Source: Bacteroidota bacterium
GTDB lineage: Bacteria > Bacteroidota > Ignavibacteria > UBA10030 > F1-140-MAGs086
DNA: 37,565 bases
Assembly (NCBI GenBank): GCA_005792205.1
Contig: SXSO01000112.1
Location: 1-37,565 of the forward strand
Direction of reading: 5' to 3'
Part shown: positions 1 to 9,170 of the stretch, piece after piece
How the letters are laid out: every line of letters starts with the position of its first letter
Numbering within the stretch: position 1 is the stretch's first letter
Notes under the pieces: model-generated
What the model was told of the DNA's origin: nothing
The model's input: only the letters and a program-made list of their open reading frames with translations
Database searches by the model: none
Program-made: the position numbers and the translations under genes

Positions 1-2235
1 AATCATTTTCTTTATTTCAGAAAAATTATTTGTTGTCAATTTGTAAAAATAAATTCCGCTGTTCAAATCACTTGCATCAAAATATATTTCATAAATTCCT
101 GCGTTTTGATTTTGATTTACAATCGTTGCAACTTCATTTCCAATAATATCATATACTTTTAAACTCACAAATCCATTTTTTGCAATTTCATATTTAATAG
201 TTGATTTGGGATTGAATGGATTTGGATAATTTTGATGAAGTGCAAATGTTTTTGGAACAGATGTTTCATCACTTACACCAAGTGGAGATGTTGGAATAAG
301 TTTCACATTAGTGTTGTTCGATTGATATTGATTTGCAAATCCTATTGAAATTGTTGGAGTAGATTCTTGAACATAATCAGCAAAATCAACAACTACTTTG
401 TATTCGCCACTTTGTAAATTATCAATTGAATAATATCCATTCATTTCTGTAATGTCATATCCTGCAATTGAATTGTCAGAAATATTAATTGCAAACACAG
501 TTACTCCATTTAGTTTTGTGTTTTGTATATCATCAATTGTACCGCTGATTTTTGAAAACCCACTATCGTTTTGTGGAATAACACAAATATCAATTCCTGA
601 AATATATCCAGTGATATTAACTGTATCAGCATTTTGCCATTCATAAGTTCCACAATTTATAGCATCATACCAAGAAGGTGCATATGTTGAATGTGGAATT
701 GCTTTTACAAAATAATTTCCTGAATGAATATTTGCAAATGAATATTTTCCAAGAGAATCTGTTACAGTATGTTTTACACATTTTGATCTTCCATTTGTAG
801 AAAGTTTCACTAACACAACATTTGATAAAACACCAATTCCAGTTTCATCTTTTACAACTCCATTTACACCATTTTGAACTTCAGGATTTAATGTAAGAAC
901 AAAATTAATTCCTGTTGTATCAGATACAAGTGTGATTTTATCAGCATCTTGTGGAGTTGGTTTATCGTTATAGTATTCGGAAAAATATCCCGTTTTCTTT
1001 GCAAACACAATGTATGCTTTTCCACCAACTAATGAAGCAGTGTAATTTCCATTTTCATCTGTTTCACCTTTCCACGCAACACCACGAAGTTTCCCATGAC
1101 CATTTAAGAAATAATCTTCACCACTTATTATGTTTTCACCAAGATATCTGTGAGCTCGACGGAAGTGTCCTCCACTGCGAAGTATAACAACTTTTGCTCC
1201 CGCAATAGACGTTCCTGTTGAGTCAGTAATTGTTCCACTGAAATTATACATTGTTGGAGGAGCAATTGCTGTAAGTGCAAATGTTGCTGTTGAAGTTGAA
1301 TCATCTGCAACAACTACAATATCTGCTTGTGATCTTTCAACTTTATTGTCAAAATATTCTCCATTATAACCATCTTTTGATGCTTTGATTACATAGTTTC
1401 CCGGAGGAAGTTCTGCAAAATAAATTCCTGATGAATCTGTTTTCACATGTTTCGTTGAATGTCCTGAATTTTCTGCATAGAAATGAATTTTTGCATTTGC
1501 AATTGGATTCAATGTAATATCATCCACAACCATTCCTCCGATAATTCCAATTGGTGGTGGTGGAACAAGTGCGAGTGCAACACTTAATACAATACTTGAG
1601 TTTTCAGCAACACTTACAACATCTGCTACATTTCTCTCAAGTTTATTATCAAACCATTCACTTACAAATCCCTCTTTCTTCGTTTGAATAAAATAGTTTC
1701 CCGTATCTACATTGACAGAGAAATTTCCAAGAGAATCTGTTAAAACTTCTCTTGCGGACCAATTTGAGTTTCCACGATATAATCTTACTTTTGCTTTTGC
1801 AATAGGTAATGCTGTTCCATCATCAATTGTAACTGTTCCAGAAATTGTTCCAATTGGTGGTGGTGGTGGTGTAACTGGTGTAAACTGTACCGTATTACTT
1901 GCTTCACTCAAAACCCCATTTGGACCAACTGCTTTCACATAATAACTATATGTGTGTTCAAAAGGAGTTTCCCAATCGTAAAAATATATATGATGAGAAT
2001 TGCCTCTCTCAGTAAATTCAGAGGAATCAACTGCTCTATAAATTTTATAATTATAAAAAGAATTTGCAGGCATTTCCCAATGTAAGTAAGCACTTACATT
2101 TCCATTTGGATTTGGTGTAATATATTGTTCAACAACTAAATTTTGTGGAGTTGGAGGGAGTTGTTGAGCAAACACTGTATTTATCAAAACAATAAATACA
2201 AATACACCAATGATTTTTATTAGATTTTTAGGCAT
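1..2235 (-). CDS. Secreted multi-domain surface protein with a signal peptide, an FN3-like module, about five carboxypeptidase-regulatory-like (CarboxypepD_reg) beta-sandwich repeats joined by poly-Pro linkers, and a T9SS type-A C-terminal sorting domain. The 3' end runs off the window, probably by only a few codons.
   Basis: Absent from the ORF track because it is open at the window edge. The minus-strand ATG at 2233-2235 gives MPKNLIKIIGVFVFIVLINTVFAQQLPPTPQNLVVEQY, and the frame stays open to nt 1 (exactly 745 codons). Repeats follow the pattern G.I.G.V.D....I..AKV.LY....TDS.G.Y......GNY.I.A.K.GY..EYFDNK. PPPPPIG linkers are encoded near 1550-1565 and 1855-1872. The C-terminus reads LHQNYPNPFNPKSTIKYEIAKNGFVSLKVYDIIGNEVATIV...SGIYFYKLTTNNFSEIKKMI, a classic Por secretion tail. 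Confidence 0.85.
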   Translation of the reverse strand, partial: MPKNLIKIIGVFVFIVLINTVFAQQLPPTPQNLVVEQYITPNPNGNVSAYLHWEMPANSFYNYKIYRAVDSSEFTERGNSHHIYFYDWETPFEHTYSYYVKAVGPNGVLSEASNTVQFTPVTPPPPPIGTISGTVTIDDGTALPIAKAKVRLYRGNSNWSAREVLTDSLGNFSVNVDTGNYFIQTKKEGFVSEWFDNKLERNVADVVSVAENSSIVLSVALALVPPPPIGIIGGMVVDDITLNPIANAKIHFYAENSGHSTKHVKTDSSGIYFAELPPGNYVIKASKDGYNGEYFDNKVERSQADIVVVADDSTSTATFALTAIAPPTMYNFSGTITDSTGTSIAGAKVVILRSGGHFRRAHRYLGENIISGEDYFLNGHGKLRGVAWKGETDENGNYTASLVGGKAYIVFAKKTGYFSEYYNDKPTPQDADKITLVSDTTGINFVLTLNPEVQNGVNGVVKDETGIGVLSNVVLVKLSTNGRSKCVKHTVTDSLGKYSFANIHSGNYFVKAIPHSTYAPSWYDAINCGTYEWQNADTVNITGYISGIDICVIPQNDSGFSKISGTIDDIQNTKLNGVTVFAINISDNSIAGYDITEMNGYYSIDNLQSGEYKVVVDFADYVQESTPTISIGFANQYQSNNTNVKLIPTSPLGVSDETSVPKTFALHQNYPNPFNPKSTIKYEIAKNGFVSLKVYDIIGNEVATIVNQNQNAGIYEIYFDASDLNSGIYFYKLTTNNFSEIKKMI

Positions 2236-2416
2236 TTTAATTATTTGTTTTTTGTTATTGAAATATTATTTTAAAGTATACAACTAACTCATAGAATTAG
2301 TTTCGTTCATTAAGACACAACCATTTGAAAAAAGTTTAACATCTGTTTATTTTATTTTTTGCAATTTATCATATAATTTAAAATAAATAATAATTTATCA
2401 AAAGTTTAAATCTATT

Positions 2417-3499
2417 TTAGTATTCATCAAAAAGTTTTCCCCATTTAGAATTTCTTCTTACTTCATTTTGATTTTTCTTCCCTTTAATTGGCCACCAAAT
2501 AAAATCATGATACAAATATGAAGCAAACACAAATAAATAAACAAGTGGTGTGTGAAAAAATAACCACTGAATTTTTTTCAAAGGACCAAACCATAAAACA
2601 TCCCCTGCTAAACTTGCAACATTATCTCCAACATAAAAATTAAAATTCACATTTGAAATATCTTCACCAACTATTTCAATTTCATTTGGGTTTCCAATAC
2701 CAAGTTTTTGTTCGTGTGCTAATCTAATGTATTTTATATTCATTGGATTAAATCCCATCATTTTTGCAGCAACAGCATCAATTGCAACTTGATCATTTGA
2801 CGCTAATATAAAATTTTTTTCAACGGGAATCATAGTTCTTGGTCCGGGACCATTTCCACAAATTGTTCCATCCATTACTGCAAAAATTCCACTGTGAATT
2901 TCTTTTTGAATTGCGAGTAAATCCACAAGTGTTTCGTGAATCCAAGTATGCGTATAATGCCTTCGCGTATTGAGAAGTCCTCCAAAAGCATTTTTCATTG
3001 CTCCTGTTGTAGTTGTGTAAATGTGAGTTTTTACTGTTGGAAGATGAACAATATTTTTCCCAATAAAAAACTCTGGGATTTTAATTCCTTCAGGATAAAT
3101 TTTATTCAACGCAAGCATTTTAGATTTTGGTTTATATTCAATCCATTGTATTTCGTTGGAATTAAAATTATATTTTTCCTCAATATTATATTTGGAAAAA
3201 ATTGGTGCAAGTTTATTTAATTTTTCTCCTTTATATGGATTTGTTACAACTGTGTCGTTATGAACTGAAACCAAATTATCAAAACCATTTTTTTTCAATG
3301 CAAGAATTGTTCCTTCAAGTTGCCACGGTGTTGTATTTGAACTCAAATATGGAAAATGCCAAGTAATATTGTCTTTTAAAATTGTTTGTGATGAACTTGA
3401 AAAAAAAAATTTCATTTCAGCAAGTTCAAACAATTTTTGATAATCTTCTAAAACAGTTTTTGGATTTGTTTTTAGAACAACAACTTTTGATTTACTCAT
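2417..3499 (-). CDS. DUF362 domain-containing protein with a C-terminal hydrophobic segment
   Basis: 360-aa ORF. The core KNAFGGLLNTRRHYTHTWIHETLVDLLAIQKEIHSGIFAVMDGTICGNGPGPRTMIPVEKNFILASNDQVAIDAVAAKMMGFNP matches the conserved DUF362 pattern. The tail FFHTPLVYLFVFASYLYHDFIWW looks like a membrane helix. Confidence 0.75.
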   Translation of the reverse strand: MSKSKVVVLKTNPKTVLEDYQKLFELAEMKFFFSSSSQTILKDNITWHFPYLSSNTTPWQLEGTILALKKNGFDNLVSVHNDTVVTNPYKGEKLNKLAPIFSKYNIEEKYNFNSNEIQWIEYKPKSKMLALNKIYPEGIKIPEFFIGKNIVHLPTVKTHIYTTTTGAMKNAFGGLLNTRRHYTHTWIHETLVDLLAIQKEIHSGIFAVMDGTICGNGPGPRTMIPVEKNFILASNDQVAIDAVAAKMMGFNPMNIKYIRLAHEQKLGIGNPNEIEIVGEDISNVNFNFYVGDNVASLAGDVLWFGPLKKIQWLFFHTPLVYLFVFASYLYHDFIWWPIKGKKNQNEVRRNSKWGKLFDEY

Positions 3500-3696
3500 T
3501 TATATTTTAACACCTTTGTGAAAAGAACATAACGAAAAAGTTGATTTACTTTTATTGAAAATAAAAGTATGGTAGAAACAATTAAATCTATAAAAAATAC
3601 TACTCAATTTGAAATAAAACTTTTTATAATTTGAGAAATTTATTTTTAGTGAAGTAAATTCTAATAGCAATTCAATTTTTTAATTTGGAAAAAATT

Positions 3697-4422
3697 TTAC
3701 CAACTTCCACTTGCGCCACCACCTCCAAAACTTCCTCCTCCACCGCTAAATCCGCCGCCGCCAAATCCACCAAAACCTCCTCCACCAAACCCACCAACAA
3801 ATGGACCACCACCAAAACGGCTATATCCACTTGATGAATAAACATAATTTTTACGACGAGAAAAAATTCCTTGTAAAAAAAATGCAACAAAAATTACAAT
3901 AACAAAAAGAAGTTTAAAATTTTTCCTAACAAAACTTTTTTTCTCTCCTCTGTGTTCATCACCAATAACATTGACAATTTCTTTTATTGATTCAGAAATT
4001 GCTAAATAGTAATTTCCACTTTTAAAATTGGGAACAAATAAATTGTGAATTATCATTGATGATTTCGCATCAGTTAAAACTCCTTCAAGTCCATAACCAG
4101 ATTCAATTCTAACTTTACGAATATCTTTTACAATTAAAATCAATACTCCATTGTCTTTTCCTTTTACTCCAATTTTATTTTTTTCAACAACACTAATGGA
4201 AAAGTTTTCAATGCTTTCTCCATTCAAACTTGGAATTGTTAAAACTATAATTTGGTTAGAAGTTTTTCTATCATACTCATTTAAAAATTTTTCCAAATTA
4301 TTTTTTTCACTTTGAGAAAGAAATCCACATTCATCATTCACATAGTTTTTGAGAGTTGGAATTTCTTGCGTAAGAGAAATTTGAAAACAAAAAATTATAA
4401 TAATAATAAAATACATACACAA
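3697..4422 (-). CDS. TPM-domain (YgcG-like) membrane protein with a glycine-rich C-terminal tail
   Basis: Signal-like N-terminus. The TPM/DUF477 pattern is VNDECGFLSQSEKNNLEKFLNEYDRKTSNQIIVLTIPSL...DNGVLILIVKDIRKVRIESGYGLEGVLTD. A TM helix LLFVIVIFVAFFLQGIF follows, then GGGPFVGGFGGGGFGGFGGGGFSGGGGSFGGGGASGSW. The start could be the ATG two codons downstream (4416). Confidence 0.8.
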   Translation of the reverse strand: MCMYFIIIIIFCFQISLTQEIPTLKNYVNDECGFLSQSEKNNLEKFLNEYDRKTSNQIIVLTIPSLNGESIENFSISVVEKNKIGVKGKDNGVLILIVKDIRKVRIESGYGLEGVLTDAKSSMIIHNLFVPNFKSGNYYLAISESIKEIVNVIGDEHRGEKKSFVRKNFKLLFVIVIFVAFFLQGIFSRRKNYVYSSSGYSRFGGGPFVGGFGGGGFGGFGGGGFSGGGGSFGGGGASGSW

Positions 4423-4504
4423 ATATAAAAAGTATTTTAGAATTCAAGTTTGCTTTTTTTTAAAGTAAAACAAATTCTTATATTTTGGCTCAATTTTTCT
4501 TAAG

Positions 4505-5158
4505 TTGAAGCAAATTATTATTGCGATAGATGGACCATCTGGTGTTGGAAAAAGCACAACTGCAAAACTTGTTGCAAAAAAATTGAATTATCAATATCTT
4601 GACACCGGTGCAATGTATAGAGCAGTAACATTATATTTAATCACTGAAAAAACGGAAAATGATTTAAATAAAATTGAAAATTTGCTCAACAAAATAAAGA
4701 TTGAATTTCAACAAGAAATTGTTCTTTTAAATGGAAAAAATGTGAGTGATGAAATTCGCTCTCGTTTTGTCACTGAAAATGTGAGTAAAATTAGTGCAAT
4801 AGAAATTGTAAGAGAAAAAATGGTAGAACTACAAAGACAAATTGCAAAAAATGGTGAATATGTTGTAGAAGGAAGAGATATTGGAAGTGTGGTTTTTCCG
4901 GATGCTCAACTCAAAATTTTTCTTACTGCAAATTTGGAAGAAAGAATGAAACGAAGAGAAAATGAATTTTTAGGAAAGGGAATTTCAATTTCAAATGAAG
5001 AACTTGTTTATCAAATTCAAACACGAGATAAATTAGATTCAACACGTAAAATTAGCCCTCTTAAAAAACCAATTGATGCAATTGAAATCGACACAACACA
5101 TTTAACTATTGACACCCAAGTTGAAAAAATTGTTGAACTAGCAAAACAAATTATTTAA
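4505..5158 (+). CDS. cmk: Cytidylate kinase
   Basis: IIAIDGPSGVGKSTTAKLVAKKLNYQYLDTGAMYRAVT (P-loop plus the LDTGAMYR motif). It lies immediately upstream of rpsA, the classic cmk-rpsA synteny. The start is a TTG as given in the track, and I see no in-frame upstream ATG. Confidence 0.93.
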   Translation: MKQIIIAIDGPSGVGKSTTAKLVAKKLNYQYLDTGAMYRAVTLYLITEKTENDLNKIENLLNKIKIEFQQEIVLLNGKNVSDEIRSRFVTENVSKISAIEIVREKMVELQRQIAKNGEYVVEGRDIGSVVFPDAQLKIFLTANLEERMKRRENEFLGKGISISNEELVYQIQTRDKLDSTRKISPLKKPIDAIEIDTTHLTIDTQVEKIVELAKQII

Positions 5159-5237
5159 CAATTTATTTTTATTAACCTCTACTTTCACTTGAAAGTATAC
5201 AAATTATATCTTCGTAATTGAAGAAAAGAAATTGATC

Positions 5238-7103
5238 ATGGAAAAAGAAAATTTAGTTATCAAAACTTCAAATGAAGTTTCACAAAAAATATCATTGAAA
5301 AAACAAAAAAGTTCATATAGTAAAGTTGCCGAAATTCGTGAACATGATTTTGCTAATAACAGCAATGATGACTTCACAAAACTCTTTGAACAAACATTTG
5401 TTACAATAAACGAAAATGAAATCATAAGCGGAACAATTACTGCTATTGAAACTGACAGCGTATTTATAAATGTTGGTCACAAGTCAGAAGGAATAATTCC
5501 AATCACAGAATTCAAAAATATTTCTGAACTTAACGTTGGAGATAGCATAGAAGTATTTGTGGAAAAATCTGAAGATGTAGATGGTGGAATTATACTCTCT
5601 CGTACTCGTGCTGATTTTGTGTTGGTTTGGAAAAAAATCTTAGCCACTTTTGAAAATAACGAAATAGTTAAAGGAAAAGTAATTCGCAGAGTTAAAGGTG
5701 GTTTAATTGTTGACTTACTTGGAATTGAAACATTTCTTCCAGGTTCACAAGTTGACATTCATCCTGTAAGTGATTTTGACGCATATATTGATAAAGAATT
5801 GGATATAAAAATTGTAAAGATAAATCACGCATTAGAAAATGTTGTAGTAAGCCATAAAGTATTGATGGAAGAAGAAATGGCAGAACATCGTCAAACAGTT
5901 TTAGAGACACTTGAAAAAGGCCAAGTAATTGAAGGAATAGTAAAAGCAATTACAGGATTTGGCGTATTTGTAGATCTTGGTGGTATTGATGGATTAATTC
6001 ATATTACAGATTTATCTTGGGGAAGAGTAAATTCACCAAATGATATTGTATCAATTGGCCAAAAAGTACAAGTTGCAATCACTGAACTTAGTGAAGATAA
6101 AAAGAGAATTTCGCTTGGAATGAAACAACTCACATCACATCCTTGGGAAAATATTGAAGAAAAGTTTCCATTGAGAATGAAAGTATCTGGAAAAATTGTT
6201 TCACTTACAGATTATGGTGCATTTATTGAAATTGAAAAAGGTATTGAAGGACTTGTTCATATTTCCGAAATGAGTTGGACACAACATATCAAAAAACCCG
6301 CACAATTTATTTCACTCGGACAAAATGTGGAGGCAATTGTTGTGGAATTGAATAAAGAAGAGAAAAAACTTGCTTTGAGTATCAAACAACTTGAACCAGA
6401 TCCATGGATAAAAATTATGGAAAAATTCAAAATTGGAACAACTCATACTGGAATAATTAAATCCATAACAGCTTATGGTGCATTTGTAGAACTTGAAAAC
6501 GGAATTGACGGTCTTGTTCACATTTCTGATTTATCTTGGACAAAGAAAATAAAACATCCATCTGACATTGTAAAAAAAGGTAATAAAATAAATGTCATTG
6601 TGATTGATTTAAATTATGACGAAAGAAAAATTTCACTTGGACATAAACAACTTCTTGAAAATCCATGGGAAAATTTAGAAACAATTTACAAAGTTGGAAT
6701 GGAAGTTGATTGTAAAATTTCTCGTGCAATCGAAAAAGGAATTATTGTAGAACTTCCAAATGAAGTGGATGGATTTATTCCTGCTTCACATTTGTCACAA
6801 AATCAAATTAAAGATTTGAATAAACGATTTAAAACTGGAGAAACAATCTCTGCAAAAATTATTGAATTCGATGCAGAAAATAGACGAATAGTACTTTCAG
6901 TTTTAGACTACTTGAAAGATAAAGAGCAATCCATTGCAGATGAATATTCATCAAAATTCAATTTAACAAAAATCAAAGCTAGTGAAGTTGTAATAAGTTC
7001 ACCTGATGAAGAAGTTCTTGAAACAGAAAAATTGTTTAATTTTCCCGATAAAATAAAAAATGAAAAAAAATCGGATGAAAATAACATAGAAAGTGTTTCA
7101 TAA
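5238..7103 (+). CDS. rpsA: 30S ribosomal protein S1 (six S1 domains)
   Basis: Six repeats of the S1 pattern G.V..I...G.FV.L...I.GL.HIS..SW. One example is GFGVFVDLGGIDGLIHITDLSWGRV. I prefer the ATG at 5238 (MEKENL) over the track's TTG at 5232. Confidence 0.95.
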   Translation: MEKENLVIKTSNEVSQKISLKKQKSSYSKVAEIREHDFANNSNDDFTKLFEQTFVTINENEIISGTITAIETDSVFINVGHKSEGIIPITEFKNISELNVGDSIEVFVEKSEDVDGGIILSRTRADFVLVWKKILATFENNEIVKGKVIRRVKGGLIVDLLGIETFLPGSQVDIHPVSDFDAYIDKELDIKIVKINHALENVVVSHKVLMEEEMAEHRQTVLETLEKGQVIEGIVKAITGFGVFVDLGGIDGLIHITDLSWGRVNSPNDIVSIGQKVQVAITELSEDKKRISLGMKQLTSHPWENIEEKFPLRMKVSGKIVSLTDYGAFIEIEKGIEGLVHISEMSWTQHIKKPAQFISLGQNVEAIVVELNKEEKKLALSIKQLEPDPWIKIMEKFKIGTTHTGIIKSITAYGAFVELENGIDGLVHISDLSWTKKIKHPSDIVKKGNKINVIVIDLNYDERKISLGHKQLLENPWENLETIYKVGMEVDCKISRAIEKGIIVELPNEVDGFIPASHLSQNQIKDLNKRFKTGETISAKIIEFDAENRRIVLSVLDYLKDKEQSIADEYSSKFNLTKIKASEVVISSPDEEVLETEKLFNFPDKIKNEKKSDENNIESVS

Positions 7104-7123
7104 TTTCAGTTTGTAATAAAAAA

Positions 7124-7157
7124 AGAGTTGTCAAAAATTTTGACAACTCTTTTTTTA
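7124..7157 (+). terminator. Rho-independent terminator after rpsA
   Basis: AGAGTTGTC-AAAAATTTT-GACAACTCT is a perfect inverted repeat (up to 13 bp if the A/T pairs are counted). It is followed by a T-run at 7151-7156 and lies 21 nt after the rpsA stop. Confidence 0.85.
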
Positions 7158-7184
7158 TTTCTTATTTTTATTTTAAGATTTTGT

Positions 7185-8480
7185 ATGAAAAAGAAAGTTG
7201 CATTTCACACACTTGGTTGCAAATTAAATTTTGTAGAAACATCTACACTTGGAAAAAAATTTTTAGAAAATGGATTTGAAATTGTTGACTTGAATGAGAA
7301 TCCAGATATTTTCATTTTAAACACTTGTTCTGTAACCGAAAGAGCAAATAGAGAAGCAAGACAAATAATTAGAAAATCTCTTAGAAAATCTCCTAATACT
7401 TTTGTCGCTGTAACGGGATGTTATGCTCAACTTGAACCTGAACAAATTGCATCAATTGATGGAGTAGATATTGTACTTGGAGCAAAAGAAAAACTCAATT
7501 TTTTTGAACATGTAAATTCATTCCAAAAAAATTCTGTTCCAAAAATTTTTACTTCTCCAGTTGATGAAATAACTGATTTCAATGTCGCATTTTCTTCTGA
7601 AGTTGGAGATAGAACAAGAGCATTTTTAAAAATTCAAGATGGGTGCGATTTCAATTGTACGTTTTGTACAATTCCACTTGCAAGAGGAGAAAGCAGAAGT
7701 CAATCAATTGAAGAGTGTGTAAAACAAGCAAAATACCTTGCTGATTTGGGGTTTAGAGAAATTGTTTTAACGGGAGTAAATGTAGGTGACTTTGGGAAGA
7801 AAAATAATTCTTCATTTTTAAAACTAATTCAAGAATTGGATAAAGTAAATGGAATAAATCGCTTTCGCATTAGTTCAATTGAACCAAATCTCTTGACAAA
7901 AGAAATTATAGATTTTGTTTTTGAATCTGAAAAATTTTGTAATCATTTTCACATTCCTTTGCAAAGTGGAAACGATGAAATTTTACAACTCATGCGTCGT
8001 CGTTATACAACTACGAACTACAAAAAAATTTTAGAATACATAAAAACAAAGGATAAAACTTGCGGAATTGGTATAGATGTTATTGTTGGATTTCCAAATG
8101 AAACGAAAGAACATTTTGAAGAAACGTATAAATTTCTTGTAGAACTTCCTGCAACATATTTACACATATTCACATATTCAGAAAGACCAAATACTCCTGC
8201 AATTCAATTGGAAAATAAAGTGGAGCCAAAAATTCGTTTTAAAAGAAATGAAATGTTAAGAAATTTGAATGTCAAGAAAAAATTTAATTTCTACAATGAT
8301 TTCATTGGAAAAAAAATGGAAATTTTAATAGAAAGCAAATTAGAAAATGGTTTTTATTCAGGACTTACAACAAATTATATTCGTGTAGAATTTGATGCAA
8401 CCGATGATCTTATAAATACAATTCAAACTGTTGAAATAGAAAAAATTTCTTCAGAGATTTGTAAAGGAAAAATAGTTTAA
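7185..8480 (+). CDS. mtaB: tRNA (t6A37) methylthiotransferase MtaB (radical SAM, MiaB/RimO superfamily)
   Basis: MKKKVAFHTLGCKLNFVETS N-terminal UPF0004 domain, radical-SAM CDFNCTFCTIP (CxxxCxxC), and a C-terminal TRAM-like region. The start is moved to the ATG at 7185. The track's TTG at 7128 lies inside the rpsA terminator hairpin and adds a non-homologous hydrophobic leader. Confidence 0.88.
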   Translation: MKKKVAFHTLGCKLNFVETSTLGKKFLENGFEIVDLNENPDIFILNTCSVTERANREARQIIRKSLRKSPNTFVAVTGCYAQLEPEQIASIDGVDIVLGAKEKLNFFEHVNSFQKNSVPKIFTSPVDEITDFNVAFSSEVGDRTRAFLKIQDGCDFNCTFCTIPLARGESRSQSIEECVKQAKYLADLGFREIVLTGVNVGDFGKKNNSSFLKLIQELDKVNGINRFRISSIEPNLLTKEIIDFVFESEKFCNHFHIPLQSGNDEILQLMRRRYTTTNYKKILEYIKTKDKTCGIGIDVIVGFPNETKEHFEETYKFLVELPATYLHIFTYSERPNTPAIQLENKVEPKIRFKRNEMLRNLNVKKKFNFYNDFIGKKMEILIESKLENGFYSGLTTNYIRVEFDATDDLINTIQTVEIEKISSEICKGKIV

Positions 8481-8483
8481 CTT

Positions 8484-9170
8484 ATGCAACATACAAAACA
8501 AATATTTTTATTGATAATTTTTTGTGAAATAATTTTCTCTCAAAATAAAGTAACAAATTTACAACTTCCAAAAAACTATAAAATAAATTTAGTTGAAGAA
8601 AATAAACCTAAAAAAAATCCACAAATTGCTATTGCTCTATCACTTATTCTTCCCGGAAGCGGAGAATATTATGCAGGAAATTTAAGCGATGGAAAATACA
8701 ATATCATTACAGAAGTTTCACTTTGGCTCACTTATTTTGGATTTAATTCATATGGAAATATTTTAAAAGATGATGCAAGAGAATTTGCAAAAATAAATGC
8801 AGGAATTTCTCTCAATAGAAAAAATGAAAAATATTTTGTAGATATTGGAAACTATTTAAATATAGACGAATATAATAATGCAAAACTTTTGAGTGGAGAA
8901 AATAATGAAATTTATTGGGATGTAATTTATAATTGGAATTGGGAAAATGATTCACAACGAAAAAATTATCGTGAAATGAGAATTAAAAGTGATGAAGCAT
9001 TCAATAATTTAAAATTCGTTGTGGGAGGAATTGCCGTAAATCATATTATAAGTGCTATAAATTCTTTTCTACTTGTAAAATCCTTCAATGAAGATATTGG
9101 TTTGAATTTGAAATTTGAAAATTTGTATTTAACAAATGGCTTCAAAATTTCTATTTCAAAAAAATTGTAG
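8484..9170 (+). CDS. Hypothetical exported/membrane protein (function unknown)
   Basis: 228-aa ORF with a signal-like N-terminus MQHTKQIFLLIIFCEIIFSQ. It has two hydrophobic segments (IAIALSLILPGSGEYYAG and FVVGGIAVNHIISAINSFLLV). It starts 3 nt after the mtaB stop and its stop abuts the truA start. I recognise no family. Confidence 0.6.
   Translation: MQHTKQIFLLIIFCEIIFSQNKVTNLQLPKNYKINLVEENKPKKNPQIAIALSLILPGSGEYYAGNLSDGKYNIITEVSLWLTYFGFNSYGNILKDDAREFAKINAGISLNRKNEKYFVDIGNYLNIDEYNNAKLLSGENNEIYWDVIYNWNWENDSQRKNYREMRIKSDEAFNNLKFVVGGIAVNHIISAINSFLLVKSFNEDIGLNLKFENLYLTNGFKISISKKL

Noticed and set aside
213-240. Nucleotide similarity between 213-240 (minus strand) and about 30546-30571 (CAAAATTAYCCAAATCCATTYAATCC)
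   Set aside because: It is explained by both genes encoding the conserved QNYPNPFNP motif of the T9SS tail. It is not a mobile repeat or recombination site.
452-1942. Track ORFs 452..646, 951..1187, 1128..1313 and 1712..1942
   Set aside because: All lie inside the long open minus-strand frame 1..2235, which has a signal peptide, repeated domains and a T9SS tail. Their own translations are low-complexity with no motifs. They are shadow ORFs typical of AT-rich DNA.
3569-3637. 22-codon + strand ORF (MVETIKSIKNTTQFEIKLFIIstop) in the 197-bp gap between the TPM and DUF362 genes. I also asked whether this gap hides an RNA gene.
   Set aside because: The ORF is short, has no ribosome-binding signal, and is on the opposite strand to both flanking genes. 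The gap is almost pure A/T with no GC-supported helices, so I see no tRNA-, SRP- or riboswitch-like structure. It is most simply the DUF362 promoter region.
3672-3890. Track ORF 3672..3890 and the local GC-rich patch at about 3697-3830
   Set aside because: The GC spike is explained by the Gly-rich (GGx codon) tail of the TPM/YgcG-like protein, which is a normal feature of that family. The alternative-frame ORF is a shadow.
5159-5237. Short hairpin CTTTCA-CT-TGAAAG between cmk and rpsA as a terminator
   Set aside because: The stem is only 6 bp with a 2-nt loop and no following T-tract. cmk-rpsA are commonly co-transcribed.
7128-7184. TTG start at 7128 for mtaB, giving a 19-aa hydrophobic leader
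   Set aside because: The TTG sits in the stem of the rpsA terminator hairpin. MtaB homology begins exactly at the ATG at 7185 (MKKKVAFHTLGC).
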